Source: Octopus vulgaris (taxonomy: Eukaryota). Taken from it: 64,000 nt of DNA. Position 1 is the stretch's first letter. Every line of letters begins with the position of its first letter. Made by a program: the position numbers and the translations under genes. The stretch is taken from the NCBI GenBank assembly GCA_951406725.2, contig OX597818.1, positions 24,614,001-24,678,000 of the forward strand, in the 5' to 3' direction. The notes under the pieces are model-generated. The model had not been told where the DNA came from and searched no databases. It was given only the letters and a program-made list of their open reading frames with translations. Shown here one piece after another: positions 12,086 through 26,525 of this stretch.

Positions 12086-14299
12086 GAGTACGTGTATACA
12101 AAACATACCTTAATTCAGCGTCATTTGAGTAGAATCGTTTGACAAGAAACAAAGCAAGACTTCTTTAAGTTCTGTAGGCGGATAGCAGTAAAACTCGGAA
12201 ATTGCTATAAGTAACTTCACGCAGAGAATTAGAAAATTCTTTGTACATAAAAATGTTAAGAAAAATAATATTTTTGAAATGATATAATCAATTTCGGAAA
12301 AATAAATTACACATGATTTCCTGCTTAAAATTTTCGAAAGGGAATGTTTCTTGAGGTCCTATATACACGAATAAAAACAAACTAGTTTTTCCACAACACA
12401 TTTGCCTTAAGAAAACAGGGTTTTTTTTTCCTCATACAAAACTATTTGACTGAGTCCACTGTTTGCAAAAGTTTAAAAGTGCGATTGAAAAAAGTTTTAA
12501 TCTGCCCGAAGCCCACCCTGTTGACGTGACATACACAATGTGTGACCCTATAACCACTCCTCTCCAGTATACCCGCATTGCTATTCAATAACCTATTTAC
12601 TGTTTTTCAATCAAGATCTGATCATTTTTAAGCATGTACATGAATAGCGAAGTAAGGAAGTGGGATAATTTACAATTGTTCGTCTTAAAAATAAACTAAT
12701 AATTTCATATTTGCCAGTAAAGTCCAGATCTATTTGATTCAGTTGGAAAGTCGAAAAACGGGAACATATCCCAATATATAAACAGGTATTATTCTTAGCA
12801 GTTGACGTTTCACCTGACATGGCAACTTCGGTGTTAGTTTACAGGAGTTACTTACAAAAATAATTTTCCGACAGGATAATCCAAAACGGATATTATAGTT
12901 TAAGCAGTGTATATATGTATGTGTGTATGAGTCCTGTTTATGAACATGAAAAAAACTGATTTTAACTCAGGCTTTGCAAACAAGCTCTTTAGATTCGCGG
13001 AAGTCGAAATATATTGTCAGAGAAAAATACTTCACTTGGTAGTCGTAATCTATTAGATGTTAAATTTATTTTTAAAAAAAGCAACGGAAAATTTTAAAAG
13101 AACTGAATAACTGAACACAGGCGCTAGCGTCGCTGTGTTACAAGAAACTTGTTCAGTTCCACTGCATTGCATCTTGGACCGAACCGACCAAAGCCTTGTG
13201 AGTGGATGTGGTACACAGAATCTGTAAGGTGTATGTTTATGTCTGTACCCCATCCCCGCCTGACAACCAGTATACTTACACCTCGTTAGGCTAAGAAAAA
13301 AAAAAGAAGAAAATACTGGGGTCGATAAATTCTAGGCAAAACACCCGATAGAATAAGTACCAGGCTAAGAAGAAAAAAAGAAAATACTGGGGTCGATAAA
13401 TTCTACTAAAATTTCTTCATGGCAGTGCCCCGGCATAGCCGCAGTTTAATGACTAAAACAAATTAACGACGAGATAATTGAACGTAATTAAGTTCTTTAA
13501 AGGAAATATGAAATGATATGACTGAATTTTTTTTTAAAATGTAAAGCTTGAAGACACATGATTTTAATAGAACATATTCAGCTTTTATAAAACATATATT
13601 TGAAGTAAATAATAAATTTGAGCATCCACTCTGAAGCGGATATGAAATAATATACATCATTGAAAAAGAATTAAAATTTATTTTTCATTAGAAATTTAAT
13701 ACATTGGAAGCATAGAAAAAAACTAATTTTCTACGTAAAATATAAAGAACTTTGAGAAATTTGTTTAAAGACAAGAGTTAACTTCAGAATCTAAAATACA
13801 GGTATACATATGTACGGGTGCATATACACACACCTGTTACATCTCCAAACACTCACTCTTCCTACCTCTTCTTCCACATACACATATATATGATTACATA
13901 AACGCATTTCTTATTGTAGCAAATGGATTTTCGAATTTCATGTGCATCTTATTTCAAAAACCTCGACCGTTAAACAGTAAAATTAGTAAGCAAAGCAAAG
14001 TGAGATAAACAGAGTTATGTACCTTGTTCAATATCCATATGCGGTTCTTAGGTTTGCACTTAACTGTAAAATTTCACAGCAGTTCCTCAGTCGTTCATAC
14101 GAATAATTCAAATATAACAATCGCTATAAAGGTGAACATAAGGACTGACGGATCAAACGATCCTAAAAACGAAATAGTAACCAAATTAAAGCACAACCAA
14201 CTTGATATTGTTGGAACCGGAAAAAAAATTGTTTGATTCTGAAAGTTAGTTGCCACTTAACATCAATGTGGTAAGAAATAGTCTTCTGTGGACCATTGA

Positions 14300-15780
14300 T
14301 GAGTAGTTCCCAAATCCAGGGCCCAAAATAGATTTTCAGTTTTATGCCCATTGTCATTGGGACAATACTTGCTTTGCTTATTTATTTGCTTGTTTATGAC
14401 AGCCCATCAAAGCTGATGACAACATCCATCCAAAACATTCATCCGCCTCCAGCACATTGTTTCTCATGGGATCGGACGTAGCTAACAAGACTAATACGAG
14501 ACAAGCAGATCCTGTGACATTGAGGGACCCTGAACAACAGCTGCAAGGAGTTGGTGACAACGTCTCCTCTCTTCATGCAGTCTCCTGCGTTCTGTTTCAA
14601 AGTGCTCTACTCCAGCATCACACTCGGACCTCCATGCCCTCGGATTAACAAACAGGGACTCCAACTGGTTGGGAGGGACACCACATTAAATGAAAGACCA
14701 CTTCAGATGATCATGAAAACGAAGTTTTGGATGTCCATGTCTTGATCATGCTGAAGAGGGCCATCTTTGGGAGCTGGTTACCTGGCATCTGAAATCATGT
14801 GACCAACCTAGCTAAGAAAACGACCACGGATGCAGACCTTAATGCTGAAGACCCCAACCCTCAGGAGGATTTTGGTATGAGACTGGGTATGCTGTGATTG
14901 AATATGGAACACTTCCAGTTGTCTGATCTGGTGCTGATAAAGGGTTAACCACTCAGACCCATATAGGAGGGTGGATACAATAAATGGAGATTTTTGTGCT
15001 TGTTCTGAGATTTTCTTATTTTGAAAGACTTCATTCGCTGAGTCTTCTGAAAGATGCAGAGTTGATCCGACAGAGTGTCTCCTCATCAAGTAGTCCAGTG
15101 TTAGAGATTGTGCTTCCAAGATAGTAGAATGAGTCTACCTGTGGTAGAGGAGCATCATCAATAAGGAAAAGTTGAGTGAGAGGTTGGTACCAGAAAGCTG
15201 ACTGGAGAACTTAAGTTTTTTGATGATTCATTTTGAGAAGACAGGCCGCAAATATCATGTCAAAAGTGCTTCTTTCTGATCAAAATCCACACTGGGACTC
15301 AGGCATAACTAGATTGATAACCTGAAATAGAAGACGTCAGAGGAGAATATGTGAGAGAATCTTGCCGGCGTTATCCAGAAGAGAGATTTTTTTGCTTTTG
15401 CCACACTCTGTACAGTCTCCCTTGCACTTGTAGACCGTGACAATTTTGGAGTGTTTCCACCTGTTGGGTATAGTCTTCCCCTACAAACAAAGCGTGAAGA
15501 TGTGAGGTGAGGTGCAGCCCGCCATACTTGTAAATCTCACCCAATTCCCATCATCACTGGGAGCTGGGCTGGCTCAAGGTACCAGCAACTCAGTTAGTTG
15601 CCTGGGGTGCCAAGGAGGTCATGACAAAGACATGGAAATTTCCATGATTGTCAGCTTGCATATGCCGAAGTTCAGCTTGCCTGGGATGCCAGCCCTGACT
15701 GGGAGACTACTCATCTCGAGACCACAGATGACCTGTTGGCATGTTGTCAAGCTCTATCAGGATATCTTTCCATGTTGCAT
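14300..15780 (-). mobile_element. Degraded RTE-like LINE (endonuclease and RT remnants)
   Basis: Minus-strand remnants IVSTLLYGSE.LTLY..QIRQLEVFH and R...GH.IKT...LRHPKLRFHDHLK. Many stops and frameshifts. Confidence 0.65.
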
Positions 15781-15866
15781 CAAATAAGTACCAGTAAAGT
15801 AATTGAATCATGTATATTTCCATCCTTTTAATATTTAGTCTCGTACAAATGTTAGAAATCACTATT

Positions 15867-17750
15867 CATCATCATCATCATTTAATGTTCATTGTCCATG
15901 CTGGCATGGGTTGGGTGGTTTGACCAGGGCTGGTAAGCTGGAAGACTGCACCAGACTCCAGTTTGATTTGACATGGTTCCTATAACTGGATGCCCTTCCT
16001 AATACTTACTACTCCAAGTGTGTAATGGGTGCTTTTACATGCCAGCAGCACATACGCCATTTGCATGACACCAGTATCTGCCATGACTGCGATTTTACTT
16101 GGCTTGATGGGTTTTCTTCTCAAGCACAATATAATGCCAAAGGTCTTGGTCATTGCCTCCATGAAGCCAAACACTCAAAAGCATCTTTTCACATGCTACC
16201 AGCATCAACCACTTTGCCTCCATGAGGCCCAATGCTTAAAAGGTGCTTTGCTCCTCATGGAGGCAAAGTAATTATTGAACAAATTTAAATTCCATGGATA
16301 GCTATTGCTTTGTATCCTTAATATAAATATGTTTGCTTCACTATATCATCAGGAAGCTCTTGACAAGAGCTTATATTTTAAAGCTTATATGTTAATACTT
16401 CCTATAAAACTTTGTGTGTGGCATATGTTTCTTTCAAAACAAAATACACAACAAAAATGCTTTTAGAAATAATTATCTTAAATTTGATTGTTGTTAATGT
16501 GTTTTTGAAAGCATTCATTTCAGGTAAATAGGTTTTGTTTTTTTAGTACATATTTTTTTTAATTAGAACATGTGGAAGGAGTAGATCCAGGATGTGGGAC
16601 GAAGTAGTGAGAAAGGATCTACAGATATTGGGACTCACAGTGGGGATGACACCTGGTGGTTTGCTGTGCTTGAAAAGATATGTCAAGCTAAGTAAAAGTG
16701 TTGTTGTCCTTGCATACAGCCTTGACCCCTGCATCCCTCTCCTGCTGAGCATTCCTAATTTTGCAGGCTAATAGATGCTGGTGCCACATAAAAGGCCTCT
16801 GTACCAGTTCCAAGCCTATGCCAGTGCTACGTAAAAGCACCCAGTACACTCTGTAAAGTGGTTGGCATTAGGAAGGGTATCTAGCTGTAGAAACCATACC
16901 AAAATGGACATGAAGCCTGGGCAGCTCTTCAGCTGGTCGGCTCCTGTCAAACTGTTCAACCCTTGCCAGCATGGAAAAATGGACATTAAATGATGATCTG
17001 GCAAAATTAAATTTAATAGGATGGTTGGAATGGCAGAAATAGTAAAATACTAGTCTAGCATTTACTTTCACTGAAATAGGTTTTATAAATATTTCCTTGG
17101 AGGCTTATATACAATAACTACCAGTGATATACTGTAATTTGATTCAATGTAGACCCTCTCCAACAAAATGGCCTTGAACTTTTTCTAAAGAATACAATTA
17201 TTAAATTCAATAAACTACTTCCAATCAAAATGTTTACTATGTTTCATTGATGAAGCAATGCTGTAGCATAAAGCGAAGGAATTTAATTTGGTTTTCATAC
17301 AAAACAAATTCCTGTTAAAATAATATAATAAATGGAAAACAAAAACAAACAAGTGATGGTCGGTATTTGTAAAAATTATTTAGTGAAGTTAGTATGCCAT
17401 GGGAAAGGAATACTGATGTTTCAGAACTGACAGAGAGATGTGGGTGCAGGCGAGAGAGATCGAGATCCGGAATTATGTATGTTGTATAATATATACATAG
17501 GAGCAGTAAAGGATCATCATCATCATCGTTTAACGTCCGTTTTCCGCGCTAGCACGGGTTGGACGGTTTCGACCGGGGTCTGGGGAGCTAGGGACTGCCC
17601 CAGGCTCCAGTCTAGTCTGGCAGAGTTTCTACAGCTGGATGCCCTTCCTAACGCCAACCACTCCGCGAGTGTAGTGGGTGTTTTTTACGTGCCACCTGCA
17701 CAGGTGCCAGAGGGGTCTGGCATCGGCCACGTTCGGATGGTGCTTTTTTT
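15867..17750. mobile_element. Cluster of RTE 3'-UTR fragments (15867-16260 minus, 16570-17000 plus, 17515-17750 minus)
   Basis: Homologous to 7730-8460 (ggttggcgttaggaagggcatccagctgtag...caacccatgccagcatgg...gttaaacgatgatg). Confidence 0.85.
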
Positions 17751-18499
17751 ATGTGGGGGGGGGGGCAGAAATATAGGGGAGCACCAGTGGGGAGGGGTGG
17801 TTCAGAGAAATGATGACAGGTTCTAGGCAAGTAGAACGTAGGATATCAAGAGAGGGGTAATGCATGGTGAAATAGCGTATTGAAGAGGGGGTTCGAAGAG
17901 TAGACACCTATTATGGTGGTGGGAGAAGCGACATCCGGTATGGATGGAGCAAAAATATAGAGATATCCGGTATTGGTGGTGGGGGTGGGCAGGGCGGGTG
18001 CACCGCGAATACATGATCGTTGATGAATACACGAGAGGCGAGATGGGTAATGGATAAATTAGTTAAAATAATTAGATAGATATAGAAATTAGTTAAAAAT
18101 AGATAGATAAGAAAGCATGTATGATTGATGGGGAAGTGAAAATAAATAAATAAGCATTCAACTTATCTGCTAGATAAATGAATGAATGAAAGAGCAGAAG
18201 TTTGGGGCTGCGTTTCAGACAAGTTTTACCATGCAGCTTGAATGACATTTGAGAACTACAATAAAGTTATAACATGGTTTCAGAATGTGGTGATTGTTTA
18301 TAATTTTCTTTCGGATATTAAATATATTTGTATTTTATTCCTCTCTCTCTCCCTCTCTCTGAAGTCTAGTTTGACCATGTTGACTAAAGCTATTCTCTAG
18401 TTATTCAGTTCAATTTATTCAACAAGAACAAAAAAAAAAATGTGAAAATTTTATTAAAGATGCGATATACAGCATTAATTATTGAATACAAAATTACTT

Positions 18500-21010
18500 A
18501 CAAAAGATGGAATGACCTTTCAAACCTGTGAGATTTGATACCAATCTAGCTTCTACTACCAGCAAAGAGTGGTGTCATTTGAGACATTTTTCAAATCCAC
18601 TGCATCATATTGGCTAAAAAGGTTTGACTCTTATTATCCTCAACAATTTATGACATTGCTGATGTCTCTGAACTGATGCTCTAATTCAAATACTTGAGAC
18701 ACTGTATATGAAACTTTAATGAAATTTTTGTATGCCATCTTTTGGCAAGCAGACACTAAACCTCAGAAGAATCTATTGATGAATTTCTTCCAGGTATGCA
18801 AACTCTTGGCAAGGATTGCAGCTTCAAAGTTGTCATTATGAAGAATCAATTAGGAATGCTTTTATTAGTAGGCTAGTAATGCAGGATATCTGACAATACA
18901 TATTAGAAAGTATAACTGTGGTCTTGAAACTGCTTACAACCAAGTATGTGCCTTGGAACTTGGATGGAACACTTGGCTTGTATGGCAATACCAGATATTA
19001 CACAGTAGCCACAGTAGATAAAGATTGGCAAAGTTACAATTCTCAAGATAACATCATGCTTACTACATATGACAAGTCATAATCTTTACTTTTTCCAAAG
19101 ATACAAATGTCATCCTCTTCTCAAGTGTCCCCCTCACAAAACCAAGTATGAAAATTATAGCAAAAAGGGTCACTTCAGAGAAATATACAAGTCAGATTCA
19201 TGCATCAGCTTCTACAATTTCAATACACCTATTCTTGTCACAATATGCAGCTCTGCTACCGATACCTCAAAAATAATTGTTTTTTTTTCTTTATTATTAT
19301 ACACAAGGGGCAAGACATGACAGGCTTTGATAAACATCAACAATCTTGACTTGTATATTTCATCACCAAAACTGCTATGAATGAATACTCCCTGATAACG
19401 TATCATTCTTCCAAGAGCATGACCACAGTTGACTTCTCTTTCTATTTGTATCTACTAGAATATGGTGAACTTTACACTTATAAGAAGCTGCTTATCAAGA
19501 GATAAGTGTCAGATACACCAAATCTGTGCAAAAAGATAATTTTTGATAGAGATTTCTTCCAACATGAACACCAATATTTAACAGGGCTAAGCTATACCAA
19601 AGTATATTGACTTTGATTGAAGCTACCCTATCTCAAATAATATTGATTCTATACCTCACAATTGACAGTAAAAGCTTTCATTGCACCATCAAGAATATTT
19701 AGCAAGATAGATAAGGTGTTCAACCAGGAAAAATAGCAAATCTTCTGAACAAAGGCTTATATGACCCAAGCAATTCATCACAGTGATCTCAAATTGTCAA
19801 CACTACCAGTGAACATCACAAACATATGATCTATTCACAAACTATCAAATGATTTCACTCAATTGGATGGTTACTCTGCCAATGATAGGTGCATTGGTAA
19901 ACACTGTTGCACACTATAAAATATTCATTTCACTGGATTCGATGAATGCATATATCTTGGAATATGACATCCTTTCGATCCAAAGGTGTTTCTCAGATTG
20001 CTCAATCAATGCTGTTGCTCAGTTTTAATGAATTATGGACAACTTCATAAGAAACGGTAATCCAGTGGATACATTTGTCTATATGGACAATGTTCATGCC
20101 TTTCACAGAACACAAACTGAACATGATATTAATCTTACTAAGGTCCTGCAAACTTTTAAAGATGCCCATGTTACCTTTAACAAGCAGAAATCCAACTATA
20201 GTAGTATATTCAATGACTTCCTTGGTTATACAATATCACAAGGATTGATCTCACCGATCTTCAATCACTGAATCCTCCGTAAAAGAGTACTCTTCCAAAT
20301 GATGCAGTCTCTTTTCATCAGCTAATTGATATGTTCTACTTATGCACCAGATTTTCCATTTCTCAGACAAAATTAGACCATAGATGAAAGTAGATACATT
20401 TCCACACACACACAAAAAAAAAACGTGGAAGGGATTTCTTTAATTCAATTGAAGAAGGCATAAAATTGTCTGTCATTCATGCTGTTGATGGCATTATTCC
20501 TTATTGAGATGGATGTTTCTGATTTTGCCATTACTGCTCATTTAACAAAATAGGATATGTTGCCATTTTCTCTCATTCATTATGTAGTTCTAAAAGAATC
20601 ACTCCAATCTTGAAAAAAGCATTTCACAAGTATTGGCAGATATTTCACTCTAATAAAGGAGCAATAATCAGTTAGTTGCACATATAACAACAATTAATGT
20701 GGTAAAACTCAAGAACAATGGATGGAGAATTGAACTCACTTGTTACCAACATATAATCTACTCCCACAAAAAGTGTATTTTGGCTGATACATTATTGTGA
20801 ATTTTTGTTCAGTCATCAGACTTACATCTCTGTCATCCTGGTATCACAAGAATTAATCTTACTTGAAATTTACCATGATCTCTTGAAGACATCAAGAAAT
20901 TATCCACTGCTTGTTAAATCTGTACTGAACTGAAGCCTGTATTCTACAAATCACTTTGTTCTACTTTGATAAGACACTAAAAACCTATGAGTATCTCTTA
21001 CTTGATTTCA
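18500..21010 (+). mobile_element. Highly decayed Gypsy-like LTR retrotransposon internal region (gag, RT, RNase H)
   Basis: Gag-like SIDEF..QTLGKDCSFK..RNAFIS. RT TFVYMDNV...EHDINLTKVLQ...FLGYTISQG. RNase H-like EMDVSDFAI. Confidence 0.7.
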
Positions 21011-23429
21011 AGTGTTTGTTACTTTCATCTCCATGCAATAGCCCAGAACCATGTTACTGGGAAGCCAACTTCTTACCACATAGTCATGCTAGTGCTTGTT
21101 TGTTAATTTAGAATTAAGAAATTTAGCCTGAGGTCAAGTATAATTGAGCAGGTTCATGAGTCAAGTCATTCTAGCCATGACCATTGGATTTTTATGGAGT
21201 AACCAATGTGATTTTTCTTTACTTAAGACACTAAGAGTGATATTTAATTAAGATTTGATTGCTATTTCTAGCAGGCTTCCCCTATAATGACACTCTATCA
21301 TCTTAAATAAGAACATAGAACATAATGTAATCCTGTTCAGCTTGAAAAAGACTGGATAGTCATGGCAGCAATGCTTTCCATCATGGGCATGTTTGATCAG
21401 GTTTGACATGTGGTTAAACCACCACCACCAACAACAACTTTCACTCACAAGGTTCTGGTTAACCTGGATGATCTTACTTATGGTGCCACACAATGTGGTC
21501 AAATCTGAAACCATACTGTTATGGTTCAAGGAGATCATTTGGAATAGCTATCACTACCTGATAAGGAATGAGAAGGACAAGGAATTGGGTGGAATTTTAC
21601 CTTCATGTTTTTTGTTTTCTTTTTAATATTCCTGCATTTCATACAATGGAATTATGATTATGAAAGAATTTTTTTGTTAAAAAATGTTGACTATTTTTGC
21701 ACTCCAATCCTTGTTCCCCATAAAGTCCACCAGATTCTAAATGGAAGAACAAATCAAAATGAGTAATTGGAGAATATACAAGATAATTTTTTGCTAATAT
21801 TCTCAACCATCATCATCAGGCTTATGCATAAGCATTTTTTCAGTTATAGAGAAGAAAAAAAAATTTTTCTCAGAATCATATAACCAAAAAATTAAATGTG
21901 GAATATACTCCAAAAATTATTGAAAAAATGTTAAAAAAATTACTGGTTGATAGGTTGCTTATTTGACATATCTGTCTTAACATTACTAAATAATGTCGAT
22001 ATACCCACTTTCATTTTGTGATCACAAACCAAAAGAATGCTATGTAATTTATAGCAAATTCAATAACTTTTATGTTATGGAAACAGCAAAGTCCTTGAAA
22101 CAAACTAGTTACAAGTGAGACAAAATGAAAGATAAAGATTATGGAAAACTGCAACAGAAATCTAAAAAGTGAAAACAGCATATTAAATACAGAAATTATC
22201 TAAAATATTGTATTTATTAATATTACCTGTTGTTTTTTTAAAATTAATGATGAGTATTCTTTTATTAAATAAAAAGTTTTCATTATTGATGTATTTCAAA
22301 AATAGGGTGGGAAGGGGATACTGAATATCTGCTATGTTCATCACAAAGTTGTTTCCTGTTATATACTATTTTGGGCACTTATTTATCTGAAGAAGAAAAA
22401 TAGGTGGGAGCCAAAGACATGTTGGCTCTATAAATCAAACACTGATTTCAAATGTTTTCAGAAGGCTAGCAATTTCAAGGGAGGGGTTAAGTTGATTACA
22501 TCATCCCCAGTGTTCAACTGGTACTTATTGTATCGACCCTGAAATGCGGCAGAATTTGAACTCAGAACATAAAGATGGACAAAATGCCACTAAGATTATC
22601 ATTTCTTATGAAGTTGTGCATAATTCATTAAAACTGAGTAACATCTATATATATAAAACTCAACTTGTGTGTCTGTGTGTTTAACTTCCCAGCACATCTC
22701 CTCCTAGCCAACAAATCATAGAACCACCAAAAATGGGTCACTTAAAGTTTAGGCGAATGAAAATGAACTGCGCTATTTCTGTTCCGAAATTCATCTCGCA
22801 AGTGCAAAAATTGATAATGTGTTTGTTTAGGCTTTATCCCATGCATTGAATAATGAGCTTTACTCAGCTGTTTGACGTGAACTGTGTTCACCACGCATGC
22901 AAGCATGCGGAAATTGCATGAAAAATTAAAAATCAAGATATAAAAACAAATCGCCGTAAACATTGTAGAAATTCGGCAAAGAAATGAATTTACGGGATGT
23001 AGCCTGGAGGGTTTTTTGTATTAATCGTTTGGACTTTGTGAACACATACCAATTGTTTTCATAACATTTTTAACGCTTTGAATTAAATGTGACCATTTTG
23101 TGTTGAGTCTGCAGTTTGAATCACTTTAACCAAATTTTAGCAGGCCGGATTTTTGATCATCACAATACATCGCCAAAGAGTCTTCTATAGTTTGTGAGTG
23201 TATTTGGTAGACGGAAACAGAAAGAAGTCTGTCTTTATGTGTGTGTGTGTGTCTTCATGTCTATGTTTCTCTCCAACCACCACTTGACAACTGGTGTCCA
23301 TGGGTTATTTGCCCCTATAACTTAGCGGATCTGCAAAAGATACTGATACAATAAGTACCAGGATTAAAAAATAAAAGTATTGGTATCGATTTGTTCAATT
23401 AAAGTCTTTCAAGGTGGTGTTCCATCATG

Positions 23430-24440
23430 GCCAGACAAAATCCTTTCTGCCATTAAGGTCCTCTACACAGATACGTCTTCGACCATCTTAACCCCTGATG
23501 GAGAAACATCATCTTTCTCAAAGCCGGAATACTGCAGGGAGACACACTTGCCCCATTTCTCTTTTCATCATTATCGTTGACTATGTGCTACGTATGTCAG
23601 TTGATACCATTTCTGGCAAGGGCTTTGAAATAAAACCTAGAAGTTCCAGACACCCAGCTGAATACTTGACAGACACTGACTTTGCTGACAACATCGCTCT
23701 TATCAGTGATTCTCTCTCCAATCCCCAGTCTCTTTTACAATCTCTTGAACAAGCCTCAAATTGTGTAGGTCTTTACCTCAATGAGTCCAAGACTGAATAT
23801 GTAAACAAGTGCCTGTCCAACAATGATTTCATCATCCATACTCTCAACAATACGCCCTTAAATATGGTTTCTGATTACAAATATCTTGGGTCATACATTT
23901 CATCATCTGGAAAAGATTTTCTAACTAGAAAGGGTATGGCCTGGTCAGCCTGTAATGATATGCATAAGATCTGGTCATCAAACTTAGAGATTTCAAACTT
24001 AAAATCTTCAAAGCCACAGTCGAACCAATTCTACTATATGGCTCAGAAACCTGGACTTTATCAAAGAAGCTTGAGAGGCGGTTGGATGGAACTTACACTC
24101 GCCTCCTTATGAGAGCTCAAAATCTCTCGTGGAAGCGTCGTCCAACCAAAGTACAAATATATGGGAAACTACCACCTGTATCATCTCTTGTGAAAGGTAG
24201 GAGATTCCAGTTTGCTGGACATTGTTGTAGAGCTGAAAACAAGGCATTTTCTACTCTTCTCCTCTGGAAGCTATCTGCTCGCAATACCAGAGGGCGCACA
24301 CTCTCCTACCCTGATGTAATCTCCAGGGATACAGGCATCCAGAAACAGGACCTCCGTAATGCTATGATGGACCGAGAAGTCTGGCATAGCATAGTAAATT
24401 CCATTGTCTCGACCACGGTCAAACAATGATGATGATGATC
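23430..24440 (+). mobile_element. RTE-group LINE 3' fragment of a second family, inserted in a SINE tail
   Basis: LFIIIVDYVLR, DTDFADNIAL, GLYLNESKTE, YKYLGSYI, ILLYGSETW and RRFQFAGHC. (TGA)n tail. Confidence 0.85.
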
Positions 24441-25760
24441 ATGGCCGCAACCTGATGATTGAAGCTCTATACACACACATATATTTATATATACATACAG
24501 GGTTGGCATTAAGTACCTGACAGTGAATCAAAACCATTTAATTCCAAAATCGAAACAAAAAATTATTTCATGAGATTTTGCTAATAAATAGACAAATGTT
24601 GAAAAAGAAAAAAATTATGATTTAAACTCACAGCATTCAATTATTAAACATTCATAATTAAAATGAATAAATAAAATTGAATATTAAGTATTTATGGAAT
24701 TTTGAGTTATATGCGCAGGAGTGACTGTGTGGTAAGAACCTTGCTTCCCAACCACATGGTTCCGGGTTCAGTCCCACTGCGCGGCACCTTAGGCAAGAGT
24801 CTTCTACTATAGCCTCGGGCCGACCAAAGCCTTGTGAGTGGATTTGGTAGACCGACGTAATCGAGTGTTTGTCCCCCACCATCACTTGACAACCGGTGGT
24901 GTGTTTACATCCCTGTGAAATAGCGATTCGGCAAAAGTAACCGATAGAATAAGTACTTAGCTTACAAAGAATAAGTCCCGGGGTCGATTTACTTGTTTCA
25001 GTCATTTGACAAATGACTGAAACGAATAAAAGAATATATATACATAACACACACGAGTTTTCGGTAGATTTCAAAGCAAGGACAGATAAATAAGTCGCTA
25101 AAACGAAAAACTGTCTTCGTTGTTATGAATTTAATTATAAGAGCAAGAAACACAAATTCATTTTAATTGAAAATATCGACAGTAATTCCGGCCCCAAATT
25201 CACGAGATCCGTTTGTAAACAGCAAAAGTCCTAATCTGACAGTGTCAAAGCAGGGAACTGATGCATTGCTCCCGGGGTTGCCGCCCCTCAACCCCGACTC
25301 AATGGGTTTTTGTGTAAACCCGTTAACGTCAATGTCTTTTCATGAACTCTCAATATCTTGATTATAATCTGGAATGCATTTCCTCCACACACATAAACCC
25401 TAACCTTATCGATACACAATGCAGTCTGTTTTTTAACAACAAAATCGAATAGTTTTTGTTGTATCTTGGGAGGGTCTTTATGTCAAATACAAAAACAAAA
25501 TAGGATAGTTTTCGATAAGGGAGTCCTAATATCTTTTAGTGAAATATTCAATTATTTAAACCAACAAGAACGTAACAAAAGCCAATGAACAGAAAAATCC
25601 AAATATTTTGATTATATCTCGTGTTATTTCAAAATATAACTGAATTGCTTTTAAGATGCTCATCTCACTATATATAAAACACAAAAATTATATATTTGGT
25701 AAGCAGAATAGAAAAAATATTTTTCATTTATATATATAAATTACCAACTGAATAAACGTT

Positions 25761-26468
25761 TTAATCTGCTAATCTTAAAATACTTTTTTTCTCCAAAGCT
25801 TCCATTTCTTTTAAAACATACGAAACATTATATCGGAGTTCTTGAAATTTAGTCAATGGTACTTCAAAGGTTGAAACTTCACCATTACTTAGAATTAGTT
25901 CCACGAAGAGATACGGTTCTAAAACTCGGTTAAGCACGCTAGTGGATATTGTAGTGTCCACACGCCACCTAAAAGATTCTAGTTTAGGTAATGAAGGCCT
26001 GCAAGCCAACATAGATGTATCAATTTCTGATCTTTTAGCTCCATACACAACAGTTTCTAAATCACTTATAAAGTCAGAAGGAATGTTCAGTTCAGCTAAA
26101 TCCTCTTTAAATACATCAACCTTTAAAGCTCCACTTGGTTTCCTGAATGCACACGACAGCAGAGTGTGAAGCCCTGTGTGAATAATCCGTAATCCTTCTT
26201 CGTCAATTTTATTTGAACTTAATTGTTTAAAATCCAACTGGATACGTTCTTTTGAGTTTTCTTCCAAAAATAAACTTTCGTCTTTCACTTTATCCGAAAA
26301 TGTGAAACCAGAAACAACAGAATGTAAGATTTTACGGAAAATTTTTTTATCGATATCCGATATGATTTTAGACATAGAACGGATCTCGGGTGGTATAACT
26401 GGTCCGACAAACAAGGTTCTGTCGATATTTCCACCCAGTCCTGTCCCAACAACTTTTATAATAGACAT
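25761..26468 (-). CDS. COMMD5: COMM domain-containing protein 5, single-exon CDS, 235 aa
   Basis: Intact ORF. The C-terminal COMM domain LPKLESFRWRVDTTISTSVLNRVLEP...FEVPLTKFQELRYNVSYVLKEMEALEK matches the COMMD5 pattern (FRWRVDVAISTS...FEVP..KFQELRY.VA.VLKEM..LEK). Confidence 0.92.
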   Translation of the reverse strand: MSIIKVVGTGLGGNIDRTLFVGPVIPPEIRSMSKIISDIDKKIFRKILHSVVSGFTFSDKVKDESLFLEENSKERIQLDFKQLSSNKIDEEGLRIIHTGLHTLLSCAFRKPSGALKVDVFKEDLAELNIPSDFISDLETVVYGAKRSEIDTSMLACRPSLPKLESFRWRVDTTISTSVLNRVLEPYLFVELILSNGEVSTFEVPLTKFQELRYNVSYVLKEMEALEKKSILRLAD

Positions 26469-26525
26469 CTTTCAAACACAGGATCTCAATCAGAAAGACA
26501 TCGACATGTCGTTTCCACCCCTCGA

